Source of the DNA: an uncultured Planctomycetaceae bacterium | GTDB lineage: Bacteria; Planctomycetota; Planctomycetia; Planctomycetales; Planctomycetaceae | Length of the DNA stretch: 64,000 bases | Reading direction: 5' to 3' | NCBI GenBank assembly: GCA_963813715.1 | Contig: CAWFAK010000014.1 | Span: 126,810-190,809 of the forward strand | In this document: piece after piece, positions 54,015-64,000 of the stretch | Layout of the letters: each line of letters opens with the position of its first letter | Numbering within the stretch: position 1 is the first letter of the stretch | Translations under genes and position numbers: made by a program | Notes under the pieces: model-generated | Database searches by the model: none | Seen by the model: the letters and a program-made list of their open reading frames with translations, nothing else | Told to the model about the DNA's origin: nothing

Positions 54015-55175
54015 TCAATCGGCGAGAGGATGCGCCGGCCGCGAGACGGTCGAACCGCTCCACGCGCCAACGGGTCGTTGAGCATCCGGACTTTCGAGCC
54101 CCTCTGGATCAGGCGGCGAGTTGGTATCGGCGGAGGCCGCCGTCAGCTTGATTCGCCCCGATGACGAAAAGCCGTCGGAGGGTGTCGCATCGGCGGTGCC
54201 AGCCATAGAGTCGGGTGGACCGTTCGGTTGCGACTGGCCGCGATAATTCATTCCGGCCGTCTGAATAATCGGATTGCCGCGCACGTTCGAGCCGCGTGCC
54301 ATTTGAGTGTTTGTGTACGCAGCCAGCGACGGGCTGGAACCCGGATTCGACAAATCCTCCGGTCGCGCGAGAGCGGTCGGTGCCGGCGTCGAGGCGACCC
54401 CAGACTGGTCACTCATGGCAAGCTGGCTCGTCATTGCCCCTTGCGCCGCGGCCATTTGCGGATTCATACCAAACGGCCTCGAATCCGTCTCGAGGCGCGG
54501 AGTCTTCCACGCCGGTTGGCTCAGAGACTGAGCCTGGAGCTTTTTTGCAAGGACATCCAGTGGCGAACTCTGTGTGACCTCGGTCAGCGGATGGAGAGGC
54601 GGTCCGGGGAGCATGATCGTTGAAGAAGCGGAAAAAAGCGGGCGACCTTTGAGCGGTGTGAAGCGGATTCGCAACGAGCAGACCGCCTGGTGATAGTCCT
54701 CGCGGGGATAAGGAATGAAGACCCCGTAGGTCGGCCCGAGCTTGGAGCTTTGCAGATGCGCCGTCCATGATTGTCGGTCGAAGTCGAATTGGCGCAGAGG
54801 TCGCGCCTGTTGCTCGGCAGAGCCGTGGTCGTCGAAGACGTAGATGCGAGCTTTGCCATCGACGGCCACGGGCGCCGCGCGATCCTGAGTAAAGAAGAAG
54901 ATCTGCCCGGCGAATCCCCGCGTGGGAATGCCGCCAATACCGGGACCCTCGGCCGCTTGCCAGACGGCCAAAACTTCGATGGCCGGATGTTCGGCATCGG
55001 CCATCGCGATTTTGTCCGTCTTGAGGTTGAGCAGCTGCATGCTGGCACACCCCGGCCCGCTGACCATCAGGACGGCTGCGAGAAGGGCGGGAACGTGGCT
55101 CCCCCCGCGCCGGATTTCGGTGTTCCATAACTTCATGGCATCATCTTTCCCGTTGACGATCGGATCGCCGGGCAC
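54015..55175 (-). CDS. Hypothetical lipoprotein
   Basis: Lipobox-like SGPGC; RGFAGQIFFF..PVAVDG domain; low-complexity tail. Confidence 0.65.
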   Translation of the reverse strand: MPGDPIVNGKDDAMKLWNTEIRRGGSHVPALLAAVLMVSGPGCASMQLLNLKTDKIAMADAEHPAIEVLAVWQAAEGPGIGGIPTRGFAGQIFFFTQDRAAPVAVDGKARIYVFDDHGSAEQQARPLRQFDFDRQSWTAHLQSSKLGPTYGVFIPYPREDYHQAVCSLRIRFTPLKGRPLFSASSTIMLPGPPLHPLTEVTQSSPLDVLAKKLQAQSLSQPAWKTPRLETDSRPFGMNPQMAAAQGAMTSQLAMSDQSGVASTPAPTALARPEDLSNPGSSPSLAAYTNTQMARGSNVRGNPIIQTAGMNYRGQSQPNGPPDSMAGTADATPSDGFSSSGRIKLTAASADTNSPPDPEGLESPDAQRPVGAWSGSTVSRPAHPLAD

Positions 55176-58100
55176 TTATCTCGCGTCCGCCGGCATCAAA
55201 GCCGCGTTTGAATCACTCGGAGTGGGCGATTGTTGATAGCGGACGGACCCGGCTTGATTCCCCGACTTGGCTCCCTGGCTGAAGAAGCTGTCGCCCGCCT
55301 GAGTCGGGTTGCCGAGCGGCCTCACGTCATGGACTCCGGTGGACGGCATTTGTGTCGTCGGCACGTTCGGGTCATCCAGGTAGGTTTCCCTCGGTGTGGG
55401 CGGCGCGACTCCTGGCTTAATCGGCGGGGTCATCCCCGGGGCAACTCCCGGCGCCGGTGCAATTCCCGGTGCCGGCGGTGCTCCCGGCAGCATAGGAGGC
55501 AGCTCCGGCGGCGTGGCCGATTGGCCTTGCCGCATGCTGGCCGGCGGCACGACCGGCGGAGAAGCACCCGGAGCCGGCGGAACCGCTCCCGGCACTTGCG
55601 ACTGCGGCATCGTGAGCGGCGGACACTGCTGCAGCAATCCGTCGGCGGGGTGCGTCGAGAGGATCGGCCCATGGATCGACTCGGCTTCGTCCAGCATGAA
55701 GTGCAATCGTTCCGTTTCGATTTGCTTGAGAACTTCATCGTCGGCGTCGCTACGAATGACGCGCGGCGTCAGGAAGATCAGCAGTTCCGAACGAATCGTC
55801 GTCTTGGTGTCGTAGCGGAAGAGCTGTCCCAAGATCGGCACATCGCCGACCCACGGGACTTTGCGCTCAGTCGTGTCGTCCTGGCTCGTAATCAAACCGC
55901 CCATGAACGACCGTCTCGCCACTGGCCAGGCTGACCGTCGCTACAGCCCTAGTGACGTCTTTAACCGGCGACGTAGATCGTTCGACCCGTGGTCGAGTCG
56001 GTGACGAGCACGACGCCTCCCGACTCGTATTCGCTCTTTTCGATGGACGCTGCCATCACGATCATTCCTTCCGGCGTGATCCGTGGCTGAACGTCGAGGA
56101 TGATCCCGGCGCCGTCATAACGGACGATCGGCGCCAGTGAACCGACTGCCGTCGTCGTGAAGCCGTAGATAATCGGCACGTTCTTGCCCACCTGGACCGT
56201 GGCTTCTTGGTTATCGACGGTGCGGATCATGGGCCGGCTTAGCACATGCAGCGTGTCTTTGTAGGACAAGGCCCGCAGGAGAAAGCTGACCGACTCCGAA
56301 CTGGCCGCCAGAACCAGGCCCGAGCCGTATTGTGGGTTGACACTGCTGGTGCGACCGACGCCGAAGTTCGTCAACTCCTGGGTTCCGACTGTCCCCGTAT
56401 TGACGATCGAGTTGGTGCCCAGACCGTCGGTCCCCAGATTGGGATCGGTGAACTGAAAGCCGGGGGCAGCCGAAGTGCTCAAATTGATGTTATTGGAGTT
56501 CGACGTTACGCCGTTGTTACTCACGCTCGTCGTTAAGGTGACCGGCGCCCCGAGCGTGCTGCGGTCGAAGAGCACAGGCGACTGAAAGCCCAGCTCGATG
56601 CCGAATTCATCGTCGTTGGTCAACGTGACTTCGACGATCATCGCCTGGATGACGACTTGCGTCGGGGCTTCATCCAGCCGTTCGATCATCTTCTTGAGCT
56701 GGACGAAGTAGCGCGGCGTGGCGCTTAAGAGCAGGTTGTTGCTCACGGGTTCCGAGACGATGAAGACCTCGCGTTCCAAGAGCTCGACGGTGCTGACGAG
56801 ATCGGGATCGAGCTGCGCGATGCTCCGTTCCGAAGTTACGAAATCGCTGATCGCCTTCTGCACCGCGTCGGAGCTGTTGTTCCTCAGCTTGATGACGACA
56901 GTTTCGCGCTGGTGGGCGTCGGTATTATCCAGTCGCAAGATCACCGCTTCGACGGCGCGCAATGTGTCGGGCGGGCCGACGGCGATGATGGTGTTGGTCC
57001 TGACGTCCGCCGAGAGTCGCAGTGTCGTCGGCGGCGTCTCGCCAGTCTCTGTCGTGGGCACCTGCGTGGCGGCCCCTTGACGCTGGTTCGGAGTGACGAA
57101 CAGGGAATCCAGCAGCCGCACGACGGTGGCCGCGTCACCATTGGTCAGCGTGAAGACCTTGAGCGTCGCCTGTGCGGCGGTCGGCCCGTCGAGCCGCGTG
57201 ATCAGCTTGGCGACTTCTTCCAGGTCTCGAGGCCGGGCTTGCACGATTACTGAATTGGTTCGCGCGTCGGCGACGGCCTCGACCACAGTTCCCAGCCCAG
57301 TGCGGCCTTTGTAGAAGTCATTCACCGATTTGGCGATCGAAGCGGCAATGCCGTGCTTTAGGGGGAAGACTTGGAACTCGGTCTCCGGAATAACCGGCTT
57401 GTCGAGTTGTTCGGACAGCTTGATCACGCCCGGCATTTCAGCCGGAGGGGCGATCACGAGCACCGCGTTCGGCTTGACGATGGCGTAGAACTTGATTTGG
57501 GGTTTGGCCGCGGCCTCACTTGTGCGCAGCCCATGCAAATCCTGGTAGACGCTGTTCATCAGCGTGGTGAACGATACCGAGTTGACGTACTGCAGTGCGA
57601 GGATATGGATCTGCGGAGCAGCGCCGGCGCTCAACCGTTCGATCTCGCGGATCATTCTCATCACCGCATCGACGTCATTCGGATTGCCGCGGAGAATCAG
57701 GATTCCCAACTCGGGGACCGATTCGACGGTCACGTCGCCCTTGAGTCCCTTGATCAGCTCTGACAGATTGGGCTGCCCGGGTGTGACCGGCATCGTGGCG
57801 CGGCCCGGCGCCTGCTCCGGAGACGGAGCGACCGGCGCCTGGCTGTTTTGAGCGATCAGCTGGTTAAGTTCGGTCGTGACGTTCTTGGCGATCTTGGTCC
57901 GTGAAACGTCCGCCGACACCACGCGCAGATTGTCGTCGTCCAACTGTTCGGTGCCGTCCAGTCGCCCAAAGACGTGAAGCAGCGCGGATCGCTTTTTGGC
58001 CGACGCTTCAATGACCAGCCGATTGTGTTCGGTGTCGATGCCGACCGTGCAGGTCACGCGGGAGCGTGCGCCCGCCACGTCGAACACGCGAAAGCTCGGC

Positions 58101-59611
58101 AGATTCTCCGGGCCCGAATCGACCAATTCGGAACGGCTCTTCAGCGCTGAGTAGAGTCGCCGCGCGACGGCTTCGGCGCGACGATGTTGCGGCACAAAGT
58201 CCGTGCCGGAGGCCGTCTGGCGAGGCGATTCCGACGCGGACGAGGAGGGTGGCGGCGACAGAATCTCGTCGGCACTACGCGCATGACCCGACTCCGCCGA
58301 CGGAGTCGGCAAGGCGTGGGCCGGAGGAGGCAGTGTCGGCTCGACGTCCGTCGGGGCCGGCAGCAGCTCCGGAGCGTCCGCCTGGCGTTCCAAGCGAACT
58401 GGTTGGATCCTCCGCACTCGTGGCGTTTCGGACTCGTCGTCGGCCGCGCTCCCGTCGGCGGGAATGACCGCAGAGGTCGAGGGCGCAGGCAGTGCCGGGC
58501 TCACCGGCGGAGCGGCCGGCCGGGCTTGGGTGATCATCTCTTCCTCCGGATGCACCGGGTGTCGCAGATGGCCGGCCACCGGACGCTCGTACTCCGAACG
58601 CAGATCCTCCTTGTCGATCACCAGGAGGAACTTGTCTTCCCGCTCGAGTCGGAAGTTCGATTGATCGGATTCGAGCTCTTTGTTCAAGAAGGCGATGATC
58701 TCGTCGGTGCGGTATTTCTTCCAGTCGCGGAACTTCACGGTATCGCTGGGGACCTTTTTCGCCACCAACGTCAATCCACTCTGGTCGCAAAGGCTTTGCA
58801 GAACCTGCGGCCATTTGGCGGAGACGAACCAGATTCGGATTTGCGGCGAGTTGTCCGCCTTTTCGATTTTCTCTTCGTTGGGAGTCTTGGGCTCCTTGTG
58901 TTCCTTGGCGGCATCGGCCTCTGCGGGCGGGGTCGCGCTGTGGCCAGCGTTTGAGTCAGTGTTGAGCTCCATGATCGCCGGGGCGACATTTGGCTCGGGC
59001 GCGTTTGCCGAAACCTGAACTGCGTCAGTGGTCGTGGGAGCCGCGCCGGCCGTAGCCGGAGCAGCAGCTGCCTGTGCCGCAGCGACCGTCGGGTCCTGGC
59101 GCGGACGGATAAAGCTGGGGCTGTTGTAACCCGAACGCAGCGAGTCGAGGTTCAGCACTACCAGGAAGCTGCCCTGTTGGCTGGCCCGATAACCGAGCGG
59201 CTCCAGCTGGCGATTGACGATCCGAAGAGCCTCGGGAACGGAGTGCTCCGCCGTATCGGCACAGCTGAATGTGCCGGGAGGCGTAGCTTTCATCACCAGC
59301 TCAATGCCGCCGTGCCGGGCGATTCGCCGCAGCGCCTTCTTCCACGATGCCCCCTGCATGTTCAGGCGGACGCGACCGTCCGCCTTCGTGCTCGAGGCAC
59401 TGCTGGGCTTGGCGGCTGCGCCGGAATCGGATTGGGCGAGTGCGACGTTGAGGTCGCCGGCCAACATCAGTCCCGAAACCGTGATGCAGCCGGCGATCCG
59501 GAGCGACAGGCCAAAGATGCTCGGCGCAAAGCGCGTATGATGGCTGGCCATTTGCTGACGTGCCCCCCCTCTGAACGATCTGTCCCAGAATCGCGAATTG
59601 CGGCAATTCAC
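55176..59611 (-). CDS. gspD: Type II secretion-like secretin (GspD family), frameshifted near 55930-55975
   Basis: ADARTNSVIV repeats, QVVIQAMIVEV, LSRPMIRTVDNQEATVQVG, KVPWVGDVPILGQLFR, ELLIFLTPRVI. Confidence 0.85.
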
Positions 59612-59843
59612 GAAGTCGGCGATCCGGTCATTACAACCGGAGTTTTCGTTACTATCGGCAAAGTCAGATCAGGCGTTTAGGTTTGACAGTTTTGGATGCC
59701 AGAATTCAGGTTCAAAGGCAGGCTTCGCGCACGAAGCTGCTCAGTTTTCGCGTGGCGGGCGAAGCTGGGGTGAGTTTGACGGCACCGCGCAGTTCAACGA
59801 GAGAGCGTCGTTGACTTGCCGAGAATGTTGCCGGATGAACGCC

Positions 59844-60428
59844 TCAACGAGAGGGCGTTTGGCGAGTGAACTGTGGCAGACGCCGCTCTTGAAGCGAGCA
59901 CGCGATCAGCTTCTCCAGGCGATCGAGGCGCGTTGATTCCCGCTTCGCGCTCATCACCCACCAAGCCGCGGCTCGGCGATAGGAGGCGGGCTGCGCTTCA
60001 AAGAAGTGCCAGGCAATGGCATGCTCTCGCAGTCGCCGACGGTACTCACCGGTGATCTGCACGTTCTTCTGCTCGTATGAGTAAACCGACGACTTCTTTG
60101 CCTGCCGGCCCTGAAAAGCGCAGAGCCCGGCCGCCTGCATCTCGCCGGTTGCGATCAGCGCCTCGGCCCGCCGGATGTTGACGCTGCTCCAAACGCTGCT
60201 CGGCTTTCGCGGCGTGAACCGGATCGTGTACCGCCGATCGTCTACTTTGCGGCGGACGCCGTCGATCCAGCCGTAGCACAGAGCCGCGTCGACGGCTTCG
60301 GGCCAGGTGATGCTCTTCGTGCCCGAATCTTTCTTATGGAAGCCGACCAGCAACTCCACGGCTGTCGCATGGTTTCGCCGCAGCCAATCGCGGAACTCCG
60401 CCGGTGATGAAAAAAACTTCGGCTTCAT
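59844..60428 (-). CDS. YdeI/OmpD-associated family protein
   Basis: FRDWL..H, ALCYGWIDG, RFTPRKPSSVWS, SAKRESTR. Confidence 0.88.
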   Translation of the reverse strand: MKPKFFSSPAEFRDWLRRNHATAVELLVGFHKKDSGTKSITWPEAVDAALCYGWIDGVRRKVDDRRYTIRFTPRKPSSVWSSVNIRRAEALIATGEMQAAGLCAFQGRQAKKSSVYSYEQKNVQITGEYRRRLREHAIAWHFFEAQPASYRRAAAWWVMSAKRESTRLDRLEKLIACSLQERRLPQFTRQTPSR

Positions 60429-60475
60429 ACGCAGGTCATCAGCTCACGGGCTAGATTCTCACGCGGCACGCAGGC

Positions 60476-61489
60476 TCACACGCCGTGATAGCCCCGATAC
60501 CAGCGGACGAATTGCTCCACGCCGGTTTCGATCGAAGTGGAGGGGCGGAAACCGACGTCGCGGGAGAGGTCGCCGATATCGGCATAAGTTGCCGGCACAT
60601 CGCCCGGCTGCATGGGCAAGAAGTTCAACACGGCCTTGCGGCCCAGTGCCTGCTCGAGAATCCCAATCAGGGACATCAGCTCGACGGGTCGGTTATTTCC
60701 GATGTTGTAAATTCGATACGGCGCAAAGCTCGACGCCGGATCGGGCGCGATCGCCGACCAGTTGGGATCGGCGGCAGGGACCCGGTCGGCCACACGTACG
60801 ACGCCCTCCACGATGTCGTCGACATAAGTGAAATCGCGGCGCATCCGGCCGTGATTGAAAACGTCGATCGGGCGGCCTGCCAAAATCGCATCCGTGAACA
60901 GCCACAGGGCCATGTCCGGCCGGCCCCACGGACCGTACACGGTGAAGAACCGCAGCCCTGTCGTCGGCAACCCGTAAAGATGGCTGTAGACGTGGGCCAT
61001 CAGCTCGTTCGATTTCTTGGTGGCCGCGTACAAGCTCACGGGATGGTCGACGGCGTCGTGGACGGCAAACGGCATCTTCTCGTTTCCGCCGTACACAGAG
61101 CTCGACGACGCATAGACCAGGTGCTGCACGCTCCCTGCGGCGCGACAGCCTTCCAGCACGTTTAAGAATCCCGTCAGATTGCTGGCCAAATACGCGTGCG
61201 GATTCTGCAGCGAATAGCGCACGCCGGCTTGCGCCGCCAGGTGGATCACGGTCTCGAACTTTTCCCGCGCAAAAAGCGGTGTAACCGCGGCGCAATCGGA
61301 GAGATCGATTTTCTGAAAGGAAAACTTCGGTTGCGGCAGGAGCTGATCGAGGCGAGCCTGCTTCAGGCGGACGCTGTAGTAGTCGTTGAGACTATCCAGT
61401 CCGACGACCGTATCGCCGCGCGCCAAGAGTCGCTGGCTGGTATGAAAGCCGATGAATCCGGCCGCTCCCGTTACCAGGAACTTTGCCAC
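60476..61489 (-). CDS. UDP-glucuronate 4-epimerase-like NAD epimerase
   Basis: GAAGFIGFH, HLAAQAGVRYS, YAATKK, VYGPWGRPDMA, MQPGDV. Confidence 0.92.
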   Translation of the reverse strand: MAKFLVTGAAGFIGFHTSQRLLARGDTVVGLDSLNDYYSVRLKQARLDQLLPQPKFSFQKIDLSDCAAVTPLFAREKFETVIHLAAQAGVRYSLQNPHAYLASNLTGFLNVLEGCRAAGSVQHLVYASSSSVYGGNEKMPFAVHDAVDHPVSLYAATKKSNELMAHVYSHLYGLPTTGLRFFTVYGPWGRPDMALWLFTDAILAGRPIDVFNHGRMRRDFTYVDDIVEGVVRVADRVPAADPNWSAIAPDPASSFAPYRIYNIGNNRPVELMSLIGILEQALGRKAVLNFLPMQPGDVPATYADIGDLSRDVGFRPSTSIETGVEQFVRWYRGYHGV

Positions 61490-61670
61490 CGCAGGCCTCG
61501 CGTCTCGTGCTGATTGTCCGAGCGGGCACCCGCGACGCTTGGCCGATCGGCGCAGGCCCAAACTGGTTTATCCGAGATTTGTCGAGCGGCGACAAGACGA
61601 GCGACAAAAGGCGTGCCGCTGATCGGCTGCGACGTGGGGTTCACGCGTTTCGTCCACAGACCAGGCCGCG

Positions 61671-63313
61671 TCATGCCGCGCGACGCGTCGGGACTTTGTC
61701 CGGTGCTGCGAACGAGTTTGCATCGGCCGCTACGGCGACGGAACTTGGCATCGTGAGGATCGTCGCAGGCGTCGGCTCGTCTTTGCCGGCGCTCGCTCGC
61801 GATTCGGCCGTAGCGGATTGCAGGGGCACCGCGATTGCCGTCCAAGAGTGGCAGAACGTATCGAACAAGCGAAACAGGTCGATCAGCCGTTGTCCCTTGA
61901 GCCGGTTCTGCAGGTTGCCGCGGGACGTCAGCGTCGCGCGCACTCCATTTCTCCCCGGCACCGAATAGTTGAATTGCCACGCGGGCTCATCATCGGACGT
62001 CCGCCGTTCGCTGGCTGCCGGCCATTCACCGGCCCAGCGCAGGCGGCAGATGACCGCGTCGCTCCGCTCGTCCCAGCAGATGAAGTCCAGATGGGTTCCG
62101 CCCATCGACTCGACATGCTCGGTGATTTCCTTCCAGTAGTTGATCGGATCGACGCCGCGGCTGCGGGCGATCCGGTCGACGACGAGTTGAGTTTTGAACA
62201 CTCCCGAAGATCCCGCCAGTAGATTGCTGATCGCCTGGATATAGCGAAAGAAGAGTACCGTCTCGTCGTAGCCGAACACACGTCCCACGATCAACAGGGC
62301 GAGCAGCGTAAGACACAGCCCCAAAGCGAGCCGATCGTTTTGGAAATAAGCGGAGACGAGCGTGACGGCCGCCATCGCGACGCAGAGAGCCGAAATCACA
62401 ATCAACGATTGGGCCCGCGAGAGCCCCCGGTTCTGCAGGCAGTGATGAATGTGGCCCCGGTCGGCCTCGCCAATTCCCCGCCCGTTGAGCTTTCGCCGCA
62501 AGATGGCCATGCACGTGTCGAAGACCGGCACGCTCACCAGCACGAGCGGAATCGCCAGCGCAAAGCCGGTGGCCTTCTTCATCGAAGACTCGATGGCCAG
62601 CGCGCCGATCACGAAACCGATCGTCAGGCTGCCGGAATCTCCTAAGTAAATGCTGGCCGGCGGCCAGTTGTGTAACAGGAAGCCGAACAGCGCGCCCGCA
62701 AAGATGAGTGACAGGGCGAGCGGGCCCAACAGCCCCTGCATGTCGCACAAGCCGGCCACCGCCGCGCAGACAATCAAGCCGATGGTTCCGGCCAGCCCGT
62801 CGAGGCCGTCCACCAGGTTGATCACGTTGGAGCAGCTCACCAGCCAGAATACGGTGAAGAGCGAACCGAGCAGCCCCATCCCAATCCGCGCGTCGAACAC
62901 GTGCAGCGATTCGACCGTGCGGCCCCAGATGACAAACGGCAAGCAGGCCAGAACCTGGAACAGCAGCTTGGTTCGCGGCCTTAGGCTGACTCGGTCGTCC
63001 CACAGCCCGAGAGCACAGAACAGCCCGGCGGAGACCAACAGCATCGAAACAAAGTGTCCCTGATCCGCGTCTGCGTGCAGCCACTTCCAATGGTAGACCT
63101 TGGCGGCGACGGCCACCGTTCCCGCCAGCGAAAGGTAAACGGCCAAGCCGCCGAGCAGGGGGATGGGCGGCTTTGCGACTTGCGGCGACCATCCGGGTGG
63201 TCGAGCATTCCGGTCCGCCGCGCGATGACTTTGGCGACGGCGGTGAGGAAGTAGCTCGCCGCGACCGCCAGCAGGACGAATCCGGCGGTCATCGAGTCGA
63301 AGTTCGACAGCAT
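61671..63313 (-). CDS. WecA/MraY-family undecaprenyl-phosphate HexNAc-1-P transferase (frameshift near 63185)
   Basis: PIPLLGGLA, GLWDD, NLVDGLDGLA, HNWPPASIYLGDSG, DRGHIHH. Confidence 0.88.
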
Positions 63314-63509
63314 GCGTGCGACCGCTTCTTGGCGACGAGGCCACCGGGCGAGAAGACGGGCAGGGGGCCAGCGGGCGCTCAGCGGTTGGTCCCCCTCCAA
63401 ACGCGGCCGGGAGTATACTGACGACCAAGATCCGGTCAAGGCGACTGCTGCCTGGAGCACGGGTGTAAAGCTTGTAACCATCGCAGTTTGTCGACGTCGC
63501 GGCGACCGG

Positions 63510-64000
63510 AACCCTCCATGTGGAGTCCCCTGGTCCAATTGAACTGCAAACTGCGTCGCACACTCGCCTGCCGTTCGTCGTTTCAATCCCGTCCCGTTCA
63601 ATCCCGTCCCGTCCGATCAGGTCCCGTTCTTGTCCGGTCCGGTCCCGGTCCGACGGTTCAAATGAAGGTGTCCGGACCGGCCGAGTTCCGGCCCTGTGCC
63701 GACTACCGGGCCCGATTCAGACAACTTGTCCCGTCCCACTCGGGACTTGTTCTAACCTCCTCTCCAGTCGCTAATTAAGATGGGACAAGTTTCGAGTCCC
63801 GACCTGTCCCACGCGTTCGAGTCCCATGCTCCACTCGAGCAGGGGGCGGCGATGGTCCGCAGGTCGACTCCGGGGACCAATGCGCCAATTCAATCCGGTC
63901 CCGTGCGTCGAGTCCCACCCTTTCACGAATAGTGTCCGGACCGGCGAGACCGGACCCGCCCGGACAGCACGTGGCTCCCGATCTGGTGAACGTGTCCCGT
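63510..64000 (-). repeat. GG(G)AC-rich non-coding region
   Basis: About 30 GGA triplets counted on the minus strand in ~490 nt, mostly as GGGAC/GGAC. Confidence 0.55.

Overview
GC-rich DNA whose gene content points to a Planctomycetota-type bacterium (inference: PQQ-like propellers, very large secretin, MJ0042-type zinc ribbons, DUF1579, short host-type intergenic repeats). Host envelope/polysaccharide genes flank both sides: at left two propellers, a PhnD-like binding protein, an NAD epimerase and an ArnT-type glycosyltransferase; at right a BON protein, a lipoprotein, a GspD-like secretin, YdeI/OmpD, a UDP-glucuronate epimerase and a WecA-like transferase. Between them (~6.1-52.9 kb) lies a ~47 kb siphovirus-like element, almost all on the minus strand. 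It carries a full virion module (TerS/TerL, portal, protease-scaffold, capsid, head-tail connectors, tail terminator, tube, -1-frameshifted chaperone pair, short tape measure, hub, Cys-rich tip). I found no integrase, replication genes, tRNA att site or classical endolysin. Instead it has a papain protease + thioredoxin + holin-like cassette, a ParB + ABC-ATPase/GNAT module, its own CsrA, a GH5 hydrolase, paired SGNH genes, a novel 9x~35-aa repeat protein and candidate sRNAs. Best hypothesis: a domesticated, GTA-like particle system or a cryptic prophage. Many genes, including host genes, have single-base frameshifts, probably long-read indel errors. All calls are by motif reading only; no database searches were run.
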